NCBI GenBank assembly: GCA_048882505.1
Contig: JBHLRO010000002.1
Coordinates: 300,001 to 332,000 of the forward strand
Length of the DNA stretch: 32,000 nucleotides
DNA from: Candidatus Thorarchaeota archaeon
GTDB taxonomy: Archaea; Asgardarchaeota; Heimdallarchaeia; Hodarchaeales; Hodarchaeaceae
Direction of reading: 5' to 3'
Positions 8,275 through 17,241 of this stretch are shown one piece after another. The notes beneath the pieces are model-generated. The model saw only the letters and a list, made by a program, of their open reading frames with translations. It was not told where the DNA came from and searched no databases. Position numbers and translations under genes: made by a program. Positions within the stretch are counted from its first letter, which is position 1, and each line of letters starts with the position of its first letter.

Positions 8275-9412
8275 GAGAGATCCCTTCAAGGGAGTGTGAT
8301 AAATTTCCCAAATCATACGGGGATTGGAACGTATAATGTTCTAAGAGACCGAATAATGTATTATTCGGGCGATAGGCCTTCTCTCGGCCATCTTTCATTG
8401 GCTGTTCATAAATAATATTCTGCTGCACCAGTTGACGAAGATGGTGGCTGATTGTACCTTTACTTTTCTGGAGTAGATCCACAAGATCCCTGTTTTGTAA
8501 ATAAGTTCTTTCTTTCGCCGTCCAAATCTCATTTTGGGCCTCACGAACAAGAATTTCACGAACAAGGGGAATTTTCGTTCCTGACAATTCCGTTAGAGTT
8601 TCCAAATCTACAGAGAGACTAATTCGAAGGTCATCTTTGGTGGAAGAAAATTTAATGGCTTCTTCCAAAAGTCTCACTGCCAATCCTGGGTTCCCGTGGG
8701 CTAGCGGAGGGATTATTTCTAAGAGCTGCCTAAATTCCACTGAAAGAACTTCATCACCACTACACACTTGTAAACGGCTCTTGATGAGATCTTTAATATT
8801 GGGACTGGTTAAACCGGGCATAAGCGTAAAGAATTGGTAACTACGGTTTCCCGATTTAACTATACAATGCCGCCTGTAAGCTTCCCACTCCGCCAAGTTC
8901 ATTAAGAGGCATACCTTTGTACGTTGTGATTTTCCTGCTCCCTCCATGGAGAGTAGGTCGGGAAGGCTTTGGTGGATGACAAAGGCATTGTCGTAGAATA
9001 TTACATCATTATTTTCTTCCGTTTCTTCAAGAGGTGGCTCCTTTCCTACCTGATTTGGCAGAAGATCTCCAAAAAGAGTCTTTAGATCCTGATATTTAGC
9101 CTTATAACCTTTCTGGTGAAAATATTTTGTACATATCCGAGAAAATATGGTTTTCCCGCTTCCTTGCGGCCCTATGAGAAAACGATAGTGAGGAGCTGGA
9201 TCTTTAAGAAATCGAAAAACTTCGGCTACTAGAAGTTCGAAGTTTTGATTTGCCTCTCGACCGAAAAACGCTGTACCATGCTTAAGAGGGAGCAGAGGAT
9301 CACAAGGATCGCATTCCAATCCCTTCGATTTTCTAATTAGCTCTTCTTCAGCAAGCCGTGCCGCTTTTGTAAACAATTCACTAAGTCCAGAGTCGTATTC
9401 CGATGGGTTCAT
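8264..9412 (-). CDS. AAA+ ATPase with C-terminal ArsR-like winged-helix (paralog B)
   Basis: Walker A GPQGSGKT, Walker B-like VIFYDNA, LIKSRL, AHGNPGLAVRLL, HTH DLVDLLQKSKGTISHHLRQL...DGREKAY. Start ATG 9412 follows GGAGG and forms an ATGA overlap with the upstream stop. Confidence 0.8.
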   Translation of the reverse strand: MNPSEYDSGLSELFTKAARLAEEELIRKSKGLECDPCDPLLPLKHGTAFFGREANQNFELLVAEVFRFLKDPAPHYRFLIGPQGSGKTIFSRICTKYFHQKGYKAKYQDLKTLFGDLLPNQVGKEPPLEETEENNDVIFYDNAFVIHQSLPDLLSMEGAGKSQRTKVCLLMNLAEWEAYRRHCIVKSGNRSYQFFTLMPGLTSPNIKDLIKSRLQVCSGDEVLSVEFRQLLEIIPPLAHGNPGLAVRLLEEAIKFSSTKDDLRISLSVDLETLTELSGTKIPLVREILVREAQNEIWTAKERTYLQNRDLVDLLQKSKGTISHHLRQLVQQNIIYEQPMKDGREKAYRPNNTLFGLLEHYTFQSPYDLGNLSHSLEGISHEE

Positions 9413-10758
9413 AAAACCTCCCTCCGTGTAATTAACAATGCCTCTGGGGCGATGTGAAAGCGTTCTTGGGTTAATCGATGGAAAACCGTAATTATTTCTG
9501 CAGCTGCCGTTACAGGAGACTGCCAATCTACATAATATATTTTTGAGCGCCCATCATGAGCATCATCTTTTGCTCTTAGAATTGGAATAGGGCTTGATGA
9601 GATCAAGGGTTTGAGATGATAATTCATCGTAGAAAGATTGACAGCAAACTGGTCAGCCAGATCAGAGCTTCGTAGGCCACCAACTTCGGTGGGAGGAAAG
9701 AAAAAGCGTTCGCGTGTCTGATGATCCAAAATACTAGCGACAATCTCCCGTCGCTTCAGGCTTAATACACTAGTGACCTCCTCATCCGCTGGGGTATTTA
9801 AGACTTCCACTAACTTAACGGCTGCTTCATATCCTAGTTGTTTGATAACAAAATTTGACAACGCAGCAGTTACCTTTTCCTGATCTTGGATGATTAACTC
9901 GTCGAGGCATGCTGTTGCCAAACGTAAAGCTACCGCAGGGAGTCCCAAACTATGGCTTGCAATGTGATCAATTGCCCGTGAAGAGAATAGATCATTGGGT
10001 CGCCGCACAACTTGCAATCGTCGCTGAATCATTCGTCGGATCTCGTTCGTTGAAAATACGGGGTAAAAAAAGTGATCCGGACTGAAACAGCCATAGAAAT
10101 CCCTGGCAGCACTTTGTTGATCCAATTCCAGAAGACCTGCTAATGTTAAACTCCCTAAGAATCCAATAAGAATGACCCCGTGGGGAGCAGCGGCCTCAAT
10201 TTCTTGCACAAATTGGTTTAGGCGTGGAATTGCAGGATTTCCTGTAATCATAAAGTCAATATCATCCAAAAATACGATTAAAGCTTTATCCATTCTTCGA
10301 ATTTGGTCGAGAAATTCTTCGTATGTTGCTAAAGTCGATTTTGAAGCATCATATGGACCAGTTAGCTCTGTAGGGTCGCTCCAATCCGATAAACATGAAT
10401 ATATGGTTTTAAATTCGTTAAAACCGAAATTAGCCCAGTCACGATGGAATTGCCGAGCGAGACACGATTTACCTCCACCTCTTAGTCCATGAACCAAGAA
10501 ATGACGAAAACGGGAACTCCGATCCTGCTCGAAAAGACGAATGGCATTACCCAACTTTACCGCAAAGTCTACCAAGACATCTTCACGGACTATGTGTAGA
10601 TCCGTGGTCATTGGTTCAATATCTTGAATATTTTGCCTGAAAGGATTGTATTTTAACCCAAAACGCTCATACGGACTTTTCTTAACATAACTGCCTGATC
10701 TTCCTTCTTCTAAGGCCTTTTTGATTTTGTCCGCAAGATTTGCCATGTTTGATACCAT
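9409..10758 (-). CDS. AAA+ ATPase with C-terminal ArsR-like winged-helix (paralog A; ExeA/Cdc6-like)
   Basis: YERFGLKYNPF N-terminal motif, Walker A GLRGGGKS, Walker B IVFLDDID, FSTNEIRRMIQRRL, SLGLPAVALRL, HTH DLADQFAVNLSTMNYHLKPL...DGRSKIYYV; alternative start ATG 10746. Confidence 0.85.
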   Translation of the reverse strand: MVSNMANLADKIKKALEEGRSGSYVKKSPYERFGLKYNPFRQNIQDIEPMTTDLHIVREDVLVDFAVKLGNAIRLFEQDRSSRFRHFLVHGLRGGGKSCLARQFHRDWANFGFNEFKTIYSCLSDWSDPTELTGPYDASKSTLATYEEFLDQIRRMDKALIVFLDDIDFMITGNPAIPRLNQFVQEIEAAAPHGVILIGFLGSLTLAGLLELDQQSAARDFYGCFSPDHFFYPVFSTNEIRRMIQRRLQVVRRPNDLFSSRAIDHIASHSLGLPAVALRLATACLDELIIQDQEKVTAALSNFVIKQLGYEAAVKLVEVLNTPADEEVTSVLSLKRREIVASILDHQTRERFFFPPTEVGGLRSSDLADQFAVNLSTMNYHLKPLISSSPIPILRAKDDAHDGRSKIYYVDWQSPVTAAAEIITVFHRLTQERFHIAPEALLITRREVL

Positions 10759-10869
10759 TAAACTAATTAAGTCTATGTACTCGCGATATCACATTAGATG
10801 ATTGGGCCCGGACAGGGCGACACAGTAAACAATATCCCGCCAAATCCACTTGGCCGAATATGACCGAAC

Positions 10870-11432
10870 TATTCAAACATTTGAAAAATTAAACATATTT
10901 TAAGTTTTCCATTTAACGGTATTGGAGGAATATTCGCTCCCCAATTGTACGAATGATTTATTAACAGGAAGATTCTGTGTCCAAATTCCAATAACCATCA
11001 AAAAAACGGGAAAACCAGCCTATGAAAGAATCAAGGTTATCTTTCCCGCAGCTATTCGAACTGCAATAGATCGAAATCGGCTCATAACTGGCTATATTTA
11101 ACGGAAGATCTACAATTTGACTCAAAATTGATTCCTGGTAAAGGTTACGTTACACAAGCCTATTTTACTAGTATTCAAAGCATTTGAAAACCTAATTAGG
11201 AATATTTGGGTACTATACAATCGACTTCATTATCCTTATGGACGCCCCCAAAATCCAGTAGTCATACCATGGTAGTACATATACGTGCTACCTAGGTCAT
11301 ACCAGAATGTGGTAGACGAGATTTCACAGAAGTCGGTAACAAGAGCGGTTTTTTCTGATATTGATGGATTCGACCTATTCATCGAATTTCATATCCATTC
11401 ATTCGATCTATTAGAACTCTTAAGCATTTGAA
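10870..11432. repeat. Dispersed imperfect palindromic repeat TATTCAAA(G)CATTTGAAAA (two full copies, one partial)
   Basis: 10870-10887 TATTCAAACATTTGAAAA; 11172-11190 TATTCAAAGCATTTGAAAA; partial AAGCATTTGAA at 11422-11432. Confidence 0.6.
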
Positions 11433-11757
11433 CGGACGATCTTCAGATTATGACTTCCGATTCACAAGATGGACGACATATTACCCCGGTATTAACACTT
11501 CTTTAGAAAGGGTTGTTTTAATTCATTTTTCGGGCTAGTTTGATGGATAGTGTGATTACATTTTCCTCCGAAATGATTAAAATTGTCTTAAAATATGGAA
11601 AACAATACATCCATGGAGTAATTACTGAGATTCTCCATGTCTGGTTTTTAGATCAATTTTTAGAGGAAAATTAGCTTATTATTCATGGTGGAACAGGATC
11701 AGAGAATGCTTTCTTCAGGTTTTTAATCTGATCAATGGTCTAACCATTTAAAGCCGA

Positions 11758-12594
11758 CTACGTCCTTAAGATCGCCCGAGGGTTCCGTTTCAGTAATAAT
11801 TCCTCATTTGAAAGATTTGGCGTCCATTCGCCTCTCTTCATTAGCTTAGTTCCTTTTTTAATCTTCTTCAAGATATCATTATGGAATTTAAGCGAAGCTG
11901 CAAATAAGATCAAAGTTCGGGTCATCACATTGTCACTGAGTCGTTTGTCAGTTCCTGAGAGTGTAATATCGTATCGGCCTCCGATATCGAACTTTTTACC
12001 GTTAATGAAACCGAATTCGGTGTTTCCTAGTCCGTTGACGACACGATAATCGATTCCAAGTCCCATCTTATGTTTTAGGATAATGGGAATAAAGCCATCT
12101 TGGGTATTCAGGCGGAACGCAAACCATTCGGGAACGAATATCCACCAACCGCCACGGATTTTATTCAAAGAGATCAAATATTCATGACCGTCGAGCAATA
12201 GGTTAAATGCGGGGAATTCCTTTTGTGATGAGATAGAGCGTGTGAATTCCCGTCCTATTATTTCCTCCAGCGTCCCTTGATAATACATGCTTTTGGAAAA
12301 TAGTTTAATAACGAGCCTTTGATTGAGTTGTTCTTCGTCATCCCATAATCCTTCTCGATAACCCAGGTATCCGATGGTCTCTTCATCGCTGCCATCTTTT
12401 TTTGTCTCCTTAACCTCTCCGAAAAGTTTCATATCTCGTGTAAACTGTCGGGATTTTGCCATGTGCTCTTCGTGTTGTTTAATACCGATGATTTCATCGT
12501 GGAGTTTTGTTTTCCATAGGTCTACTATTACCTTTCGTGTTTTAATAGGTGGAGAAGCTTCTCCTCCTTCACCAACTTCTTCTTGTTCAGTCAT
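11758..12594 (-). CDS. Hypothetical protein, possibly LURP-one/tubby-C/scramblase-like beta-barrel
   Basis: Acidic N-terminus (MTEQEE, ATG 12594; track start 12645). Beta-rich repeats such as KHKMGLGIDYRV...GFINGKKFDIGGRYDI...LILFAASLKF resemble the LURP pattern. Confidence 0.55.
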   Translation of the reverse strand: MTEQEEVGEGGEASPPIKTRKVIVDLWKTKLHDEIIGIKQHEEHMAKSRQFTRDMKLFGEVKETKKDGSDEETIGYLGYREGLWDDEEQLNQRLVIKLFSKSMYYQGTLEEIIGREFTRSISSQKEFPAFNLLLDGHEYLISLNKIRGGWWIFVPEWFAFRLNTQDGFIPIILKHKMGLGIDYRVVNGLGNTEFGFINGKKFDIGGRYDITLSGTDKRLSDNVMTRTLILFAASLKFHNDILKKIKKGTKLMKRGEWTPNLSNEELLLKRNPRAILRT

Positions 12595-12961
12595 AGTTCT
12601 CACACTGAGATCTGTGGTTCTAAGAGAAAGAGGTGTCTTTTTCACTTTTAAGCTTAGCTCAGACTATAATAAGCGTGCAGTTATAATCCATTTAAAACGA
12701 ATCCAACCAGGTACGATTTTAACCTATTCCGAAGGATCTATGGATTGCGTCTGGATACATTGGTTGTAACACCAAATGCTTCGCACTACACCACTTGATA
12801 TCAAAGAAATTTATTCCTCTTTGATACAAAGGTTAATCAATGAAAAGCTCTAAAATTCGACCGCGATGATCAAAGCAGATAAAATATTGATGTAAATACA
12901 CGATACATTCTCCTAGGATGAAGTAAGCTAACACGATTATATTGTAAAAGGTGGTTAATAA

Positions 12962-15217
12962 ATGGCCGATAATTTGTTAGATGTAGAACCTCGCATTTAT
13001 CAACAAATCATATTTTCCGAGGTTGTTTCCAATCCTGGGAATACATTGGTCGTTTTACCTACAGGACTCGGAAAAACTGTGATCATGGCATATCTAACGG
13101 CCTATCACCTAAATAAAAACCCTTCAAATCAAGTACTCATATTAACTCCTACTCGACCACTGGTTCGCCAAATCAAGGAAGTATTAGTTGAGGTTATCCC
13201 GAATCTTTCAGATGAAATGGTATTAGAGATCTCAGGGGATGTTCCACCCAGTAAAAGAGAACCTATATACCCCTCTGCTAGGATAATAGTTGCTACTCCC
13301 CAAACAATCGAGAATGACCTAACATTTGGACGGCTTACCTTTGACCGTATCGGGTTGTTATGTGTCGATGAAGTTCACCGCGCTACTGGTGACTACGCCT
13401 ATGTCGGAATCGCCGCCCAAGCCACATGTCAGGTGGTTGGTTTCACAGCTACACCAGGGAATAATACAGAAAAAATCCTGGAGGTGTGCAACAATCTCAA
13501 AATTTCTAAGGTATCGGTCACCGATGCAAGTGATTCGGATGTAAGCCAATATATCTCTATTCATACTCCCAAGGTGGTTTGGATATCCTTACCACCTGAG
13601 TACGAGGAGATTCTTACTAGTCTTCAAACCTTTCAAGATGAATTAATTGCTGAATTAAAAAAAGGCATTCCCGGAATCTTAACCAAGAAATATGTGGGAA
13701 AACGTGAGGCCTTAGAAATCCACCAGAGGGTCATTATGCTTACAAAACAGGATCAAGCATATGGAAATCTCTTGATGGCATCTTCTAACCTAATTAGGGT
13801 TCAACATTTAAAGGAACTCATTGAAAGCCAAGGATTTCCACAAGCCATAAAGGCGATACAAAAATGGCGCCAAAAGCAGGCATCTAAGGCTCTACGGTTG
13901 TTCCTCGAAGATTCTCGCACTCGCAATATTGAACGTACAATGAAGGAATCTGCGTTAGTTCATCCGAAACTTAAACTCCTTGTCAAAGAAATTCAGGCCG
14001 CACTTAGAGTCGACAAAGCAAGCGAGTCGAAAATCATTGTTTTCAGCAATTATCGGGATACTGTTCGGTTCCTCGATGAAGAACTTGGCAAGACAGACAT
14101 CAAGATAGGGATGTTTCTTGGTCACGCCAGTACTAGAGGAGATAAAGGCTTTTCCCAAAGAAAACAGCTCCAAGTACTGGAGGAATTTAAAAACGGCGAT
14201 ATCCAGGTGTTAGTGAGTACATCAGTGGGAGAAGAGGGATTGGATGTGGGAAACTGCGATCTTGTAGTATTTTATGACTCCGTACCATCTGTTGTTCGTG
14301 CAATTCAGCGCCGAGGGCGTGGAAGGATGAAGGAATCGCGAGTAATTCATCTTGTAACCAAAAAAACGCGTGACGAGGCCATGTATTGGGCCATAAAGCA
14401 AAAGGACAGATTAATGAAGACTTTTTTACGAAGGGAGTTACCCGAGTTGCTTGAAAAGAGTGCAGCTTATAAACACCAACCAACTTTGGATCGGTTCTTT
14501 TCAGATGAAACCGAGGAGTCACCAACCGGGGAGTCGGTAGAAGGCCCCCTAATTATTGTTGATTCGCGTGAGATTCGAGATCAGATTCCTCGATTGCTCA
14601 GAAAAGAAGGCGTACGGATCCGACAGGAGAGACTTGAAGTAGGGGACTATCTACTCTCTGATCGTGTAGTGGTAGAATTAAAGACTTATTCCGATTTCAT
14701 CAGATCTATCCACGATGGGCGTTTATTTCAGCCATCCTCCCCGGGTCATGAGTCCCAACTGATGCGATTGGCACAGCAAACGGTTCCTATACTTGTGGTT
14801 CAGTTGGAATCAGAGGAAATCATCCCGTATGGCTCATTGAACTCAATCATGGGAGCTCTTAGTTCAATCATACTTGATTTTCGAATTCCAATCATATTTA
14901 CGCAATCTCCCTCGGAAACAGCAGCTCTTTTACTACAATTGGCAAAAAGAGAACAGCAAGAAAAAGTAAGTGAGATGGTTTTGCCAAGCGCTGGTAAAAA
15001 GACGCACAGTATTAAGGAAATACAGCTGTTTATACTCTCTACCATTCCCGGAGTCAATCATACCAAGGCCAAGAATTTGCTGGAGAGATTTCCCTCAATT
15101 CAGGCAATTTCGTCAGCTGAAATGAATGATCTAATTAATGTGCCTCAAATAGGGGAAAAACTTGCAAAGCGTATTCAGGCAATTTTTAACTCCCCCGAAG
15201 ATCGTGAAATTCCTTGA
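12962..15217 (+). CDS. hef: Hef: SF2 helicase + ERCC4/XPF nuclease + HhH (FANCM/XPF family)
   Basis: PRIYQ Q-motif, LPTGLGKT, DEVH, FTATPG, EEGLDV, QRRGRGR; then IIVDSRE, GDY, ELKTYSDF; two HhH motifs (PGVNHTKA, PQIGEKLA). Confidence 0.95.
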   Translation: MADNLLDVEPRIYQQIIFSEVVSNPGNTLVVLPTGLGKTVIMAYLTAYHLNKNPSNQVLILTPTRPLVRQIKEVLVEVIPNLSDEMVLEISGDVPPSKREPIYPSARIIVATPQTIENDLTFGRLTFDRIGLLCVDEVHRATGDYAYVGIAAQATCQVVGFTATPGNNTEKILEVCNNLKISKVSVTDASDSDVSQYISIHTPKVVWISLPPEYEEILTSLQTFQDELIAELKKGIPGILTKKYVGKREALEIHQRVIMLTKQDQAYGNLLMASSNLIRVQHLKELIESQGFPQAIKAIQKWRQKQASKALRLFLEDSRTRNIERTMKESALVHPKLKLLVKEIQAALRVDKASESKIIVFSNYRDTVRFLDEELGKTDIKIGMFLGHASTRGDKGFSQRKQLQVLEEFKNGDIQVLVSTSVGEEGLDVGNCDLVVFYDSVPSVVRAIQRRGRGRMKESRVIHLVTKKTRDEAMYWAIKQKDRLMKTFLRRELPELLEKSAAYKHQPTLDRFFSDETEESPTGESVEGPLIIVDSREIRDQIPRLLRKEGVRIRQERLEVGDYLLSDRVVVELKTYSDFIRSIHDGRLFQPSSPGHESQLMRLAQQTVPILVVQLESEEIIPYGSLNSIMGALSSIILDFRIPIIFTQSPSETAALLLQLAKREQQEKVSEMVLPSAGKKTHSIKEIQLFILSTIPGVNHTKAKNLLERFPSIQAISSAEMNDLINVPQIGEKLAKRIQAIFNSPEDREIP

Positions 15218-15253
15218 AGTCATTTGGATATAACGGAGTTCAAACTTAATGGC

Positions 15254-15574
15254 CTAGTTTTCTAAACGGGCGTAGAAAAGTTCTAGAGTTTTTTTCATAT
15301 GAGATGCAAATTTCGTCTGATTCTCTCGAAACTGTTGAATTTCATCTTCGAGCGATTTAAATGAACCCTCTAAAGCTTGAATTCGACTTATAGTGTTCCT
15401 ACTCGGCAAGGTTGATTCTAATTCTGCAAGGCGAGTCTCAATGTTTCGTAATGACCCGTCAATTTTCCTCAAATCGTTAGTGAACCCGTCAAGAAGAAAT
15501 TTCAGTCCTTTTACAGTTATTAATTTACCCCACGGGGTGTCGACTGTTAATTCCGATTCCGTCTCATCCTTCAT
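15254..15574 (-). CDS. Small coiled-coil protein
   Basis: Short beta N-terminus (LTVDTPWGKLITV), then long heptads (LRKIDGSLRNIETRLAELE...IQALEGSFKSLEDEI); start ATG 15574 or 15589. Confidence 0.7.
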   Translation of the reverse strand: MKDETESELTVDTPWGKLITVKGLKFLLDGFTNDLRKIDGSLRNIETRLAELESTLPSRNTISRIQALEGSFKSLEDEIQQFRENQTKFASHMKKTLELFYARLEN

Positions 15575-15775
15575 AAGACAAATCCTCATCCTTAGCGGGG
15601 ATTAACGACTTAAACTGAGGAATACCCCATAAATTACGTTTAAAAACCTTTCCAAACCTCATTTCCAGATTTCTAGGTTAGAATTAGGAGTTTTAACTAA
15701 TCTTATAAAGAAAGGTTTAAGAAAGTCTTCGTAGGCATACTAAAAAAGCAGAAAAAGCCTAAAGGTACGTAGAAA

Positions 15776-16009
15776 ATGTCCAAAAGTGACTTTGTGGCCC
15801 TTAATTGTGAGCCATGCCCCATTTGCAAAAAAGCGATTCCCCTTAAAATGAGGAAAAAAGATTACAAACCATCGATTTCGGGGGTCTGTCAGGTTGTGGA
15901 CATCCATGGTCTTGACAATGATGAAGGACACGTTCGCATCCTATATGTAGATGAACGATTCTCAGTTAGAAGCATCTCCGTTATCTCCACAATTGCAAAC
16001 ACTAGATGA
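15776..16009 (+). CDS. Small Cys/His putative metal-binding protein
   Basis: CPIC...DIHG...HVRILYVDERFSVRS; preceded by CTTATAAAG (TATA-like) near 15702. Confidence 0.65.
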   Translation: MSKSDFVALNCEPCPICKKAIPLKMRKKDYKPSISGVCQVVDIHGLDNDEGHVRILYVDERFSVRSISVISTIANTR

Positions 16010-16017
16010 ATCTATCA

Positions 16018-17190
16018 TCAGGGAGGGGATTTGAAGGTTTTTTGGTCCGAAACATTCCATTCCTCAATTATTACATCCTGCCCTTCCTTAAACCACCAAT
16101 AAAAAGGGACGGTAATGAAGAGCTCCGTCGCGTAAAATGGTAAGATTATCATGGCCAGAAACGAAAAATGTAGGATCTGGCTATACGTAGATTGGTTTCG
16201 TACGATAAAAAAGGCGCCAATAAGAATAATGACAACAATGCCAATATACAAAGTATCTAATGTCCCCCAGCGTATGAGTTCGATTAGTAATGGTCCTTGA
16301 GACTGGGCTACCTCACTTCGGAACGATAACAGGCCTTGGTAGAAGAACACAGCTATGATCACATCAATAAGACCAAATGGGAGTGAAAAAATGGCAAGTG
16401 TAATACCCGATAGGAAATACGGACCAAAATTTGTGCGAATGTAGGTCCATTTCGATGTGGATAGACCTTCCTTTGGAAAAAGCCGAAGTTTTTCAATCAA
16501 ATAAAAAAGAACAATAAAACCGACCATATATTTGATTGAGGCTGCCAGTACATAGAAGGTCATTCCGAGGTTGTGTCTTTCTTGGATCTCGTAGAGATAA
16601 TATCCAATCAAAAAAAAGAATAGCATTAATATGGAATTTGTAAACAAGAACGGCGAAACTAACAATCCGAAAAAAGGGAGCCGGCGGCCATTTGGCCAGG
16701 CTACGATTCGTGATACGAACCAATAAGAAGGAATGAGGAGGATGAAATGGAAAGGGACAAACCAATATGTAGCCAAGATAGATACGAGCAAACTTCCTCC
16801 CAAAAGATAAAATATACTGTATGACAACAAATCAGGGGGAAAGTAGTGATAAAAGCCATAGATTATTCCAGAGGGCAGATGGTGTTCGACCACCTCTTCC
16901 TTGTACGGATTGCTGCCTGCCAAAAATGCTTGAACCCCAGAAGTGATAGCATCATCGACGTCCGTATTTTGAATTGCGTACGAAAGGAGTAGGAAGAGAA
17001 ACAATATAATGAAGCCCGAGGTTATCAAATAAAACCATAGTGGGTTTTTGAGACAAGTAGTGAACTTAGTTCGTAAAGGGCTTCCGTCTTCTTTAGAGTT
17101 ATACATAAACCACAGTAGCCATAATCCGAGAAAGATTCCATTATAAAAGAGAGGGCCGAATAGAGTAAAAGGAAGTTCTATAATATTCAT
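16018..17190 (-). CDS. Multi-pass membrane glycosyltransferase, GT-C fold (GT87/DUF2029-like)
   Basis: About 10 TM helices; luminal TDVDDAITSGVQAFLAGSNPY...GFYHYFPP loop; AASIKY motif. Confidence 0.7.
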   Translation of the reverse strand: MNIIELPFTLFGPLFYNGIFLGLWLLWFMYNSKEDGSPLRTKFTTCLKNPLWFYLITSGFIILFLFLLLSYAIQNTDVDDAITSGVQAFLAGSNPYKEEVVEHHLPSGIIYGFYHYFPPDLLSYSIFYLLGGSLLVSILATYWFVPFHFILLIPSYWFVSRIVAWPNGRRLPFFGLLVSPFLFTNSILMLFFFLIGYYLYEIQERHNLGMTFYVLAASIKYMVGFIVLFYLIEKLRLFPKEGLSTSKWTYIRTNFGPYFLSGITLAIFSLPFGLIDVIIAVFFYQGLLSFRSEVAQSQGPLLIELIRWGTLDTLYIGIVVIILIGAFFIVRNQSTYSQILHFSFLAMIILPFYATELFITVPFYWWFKEGQDVIIEEWNVSDQKTFKSPP

Positions 17191-17241
17191 AGGTATCTAT
17201 CCAGAAAACCATCTGCTTTCAAGATATTTAAGGAGATATAG

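Noticed and set aside
9413-9526. ORF-track N-terminal extension of ATPase B (MAVSCNG...)
   Set aside because: It overlaps the wHTH-coding end of ATPase A; ATG 9412 has a GGAGG SD and an ATGA coupling.
8264-10758. Calling the two ATPases orc1/cdc6 or a Tn7-like TnsC
   Set aside because: They lack the sensor-2 GDAR and carry an ArsR-style HTH, and no transposase, TniQ or terminal repeats lie nearby, so they were left unnamed.
10759-11757. CRISPR array, RNase P/SRP RNA or canonical ORB origin in the 1 kb gap
   Set aside because: No regularly spaced repeats, no GC-rich helices or GAGGAAAGTCC motif, and no TTCCAGTGGAAAC/G-string ORB consensus.
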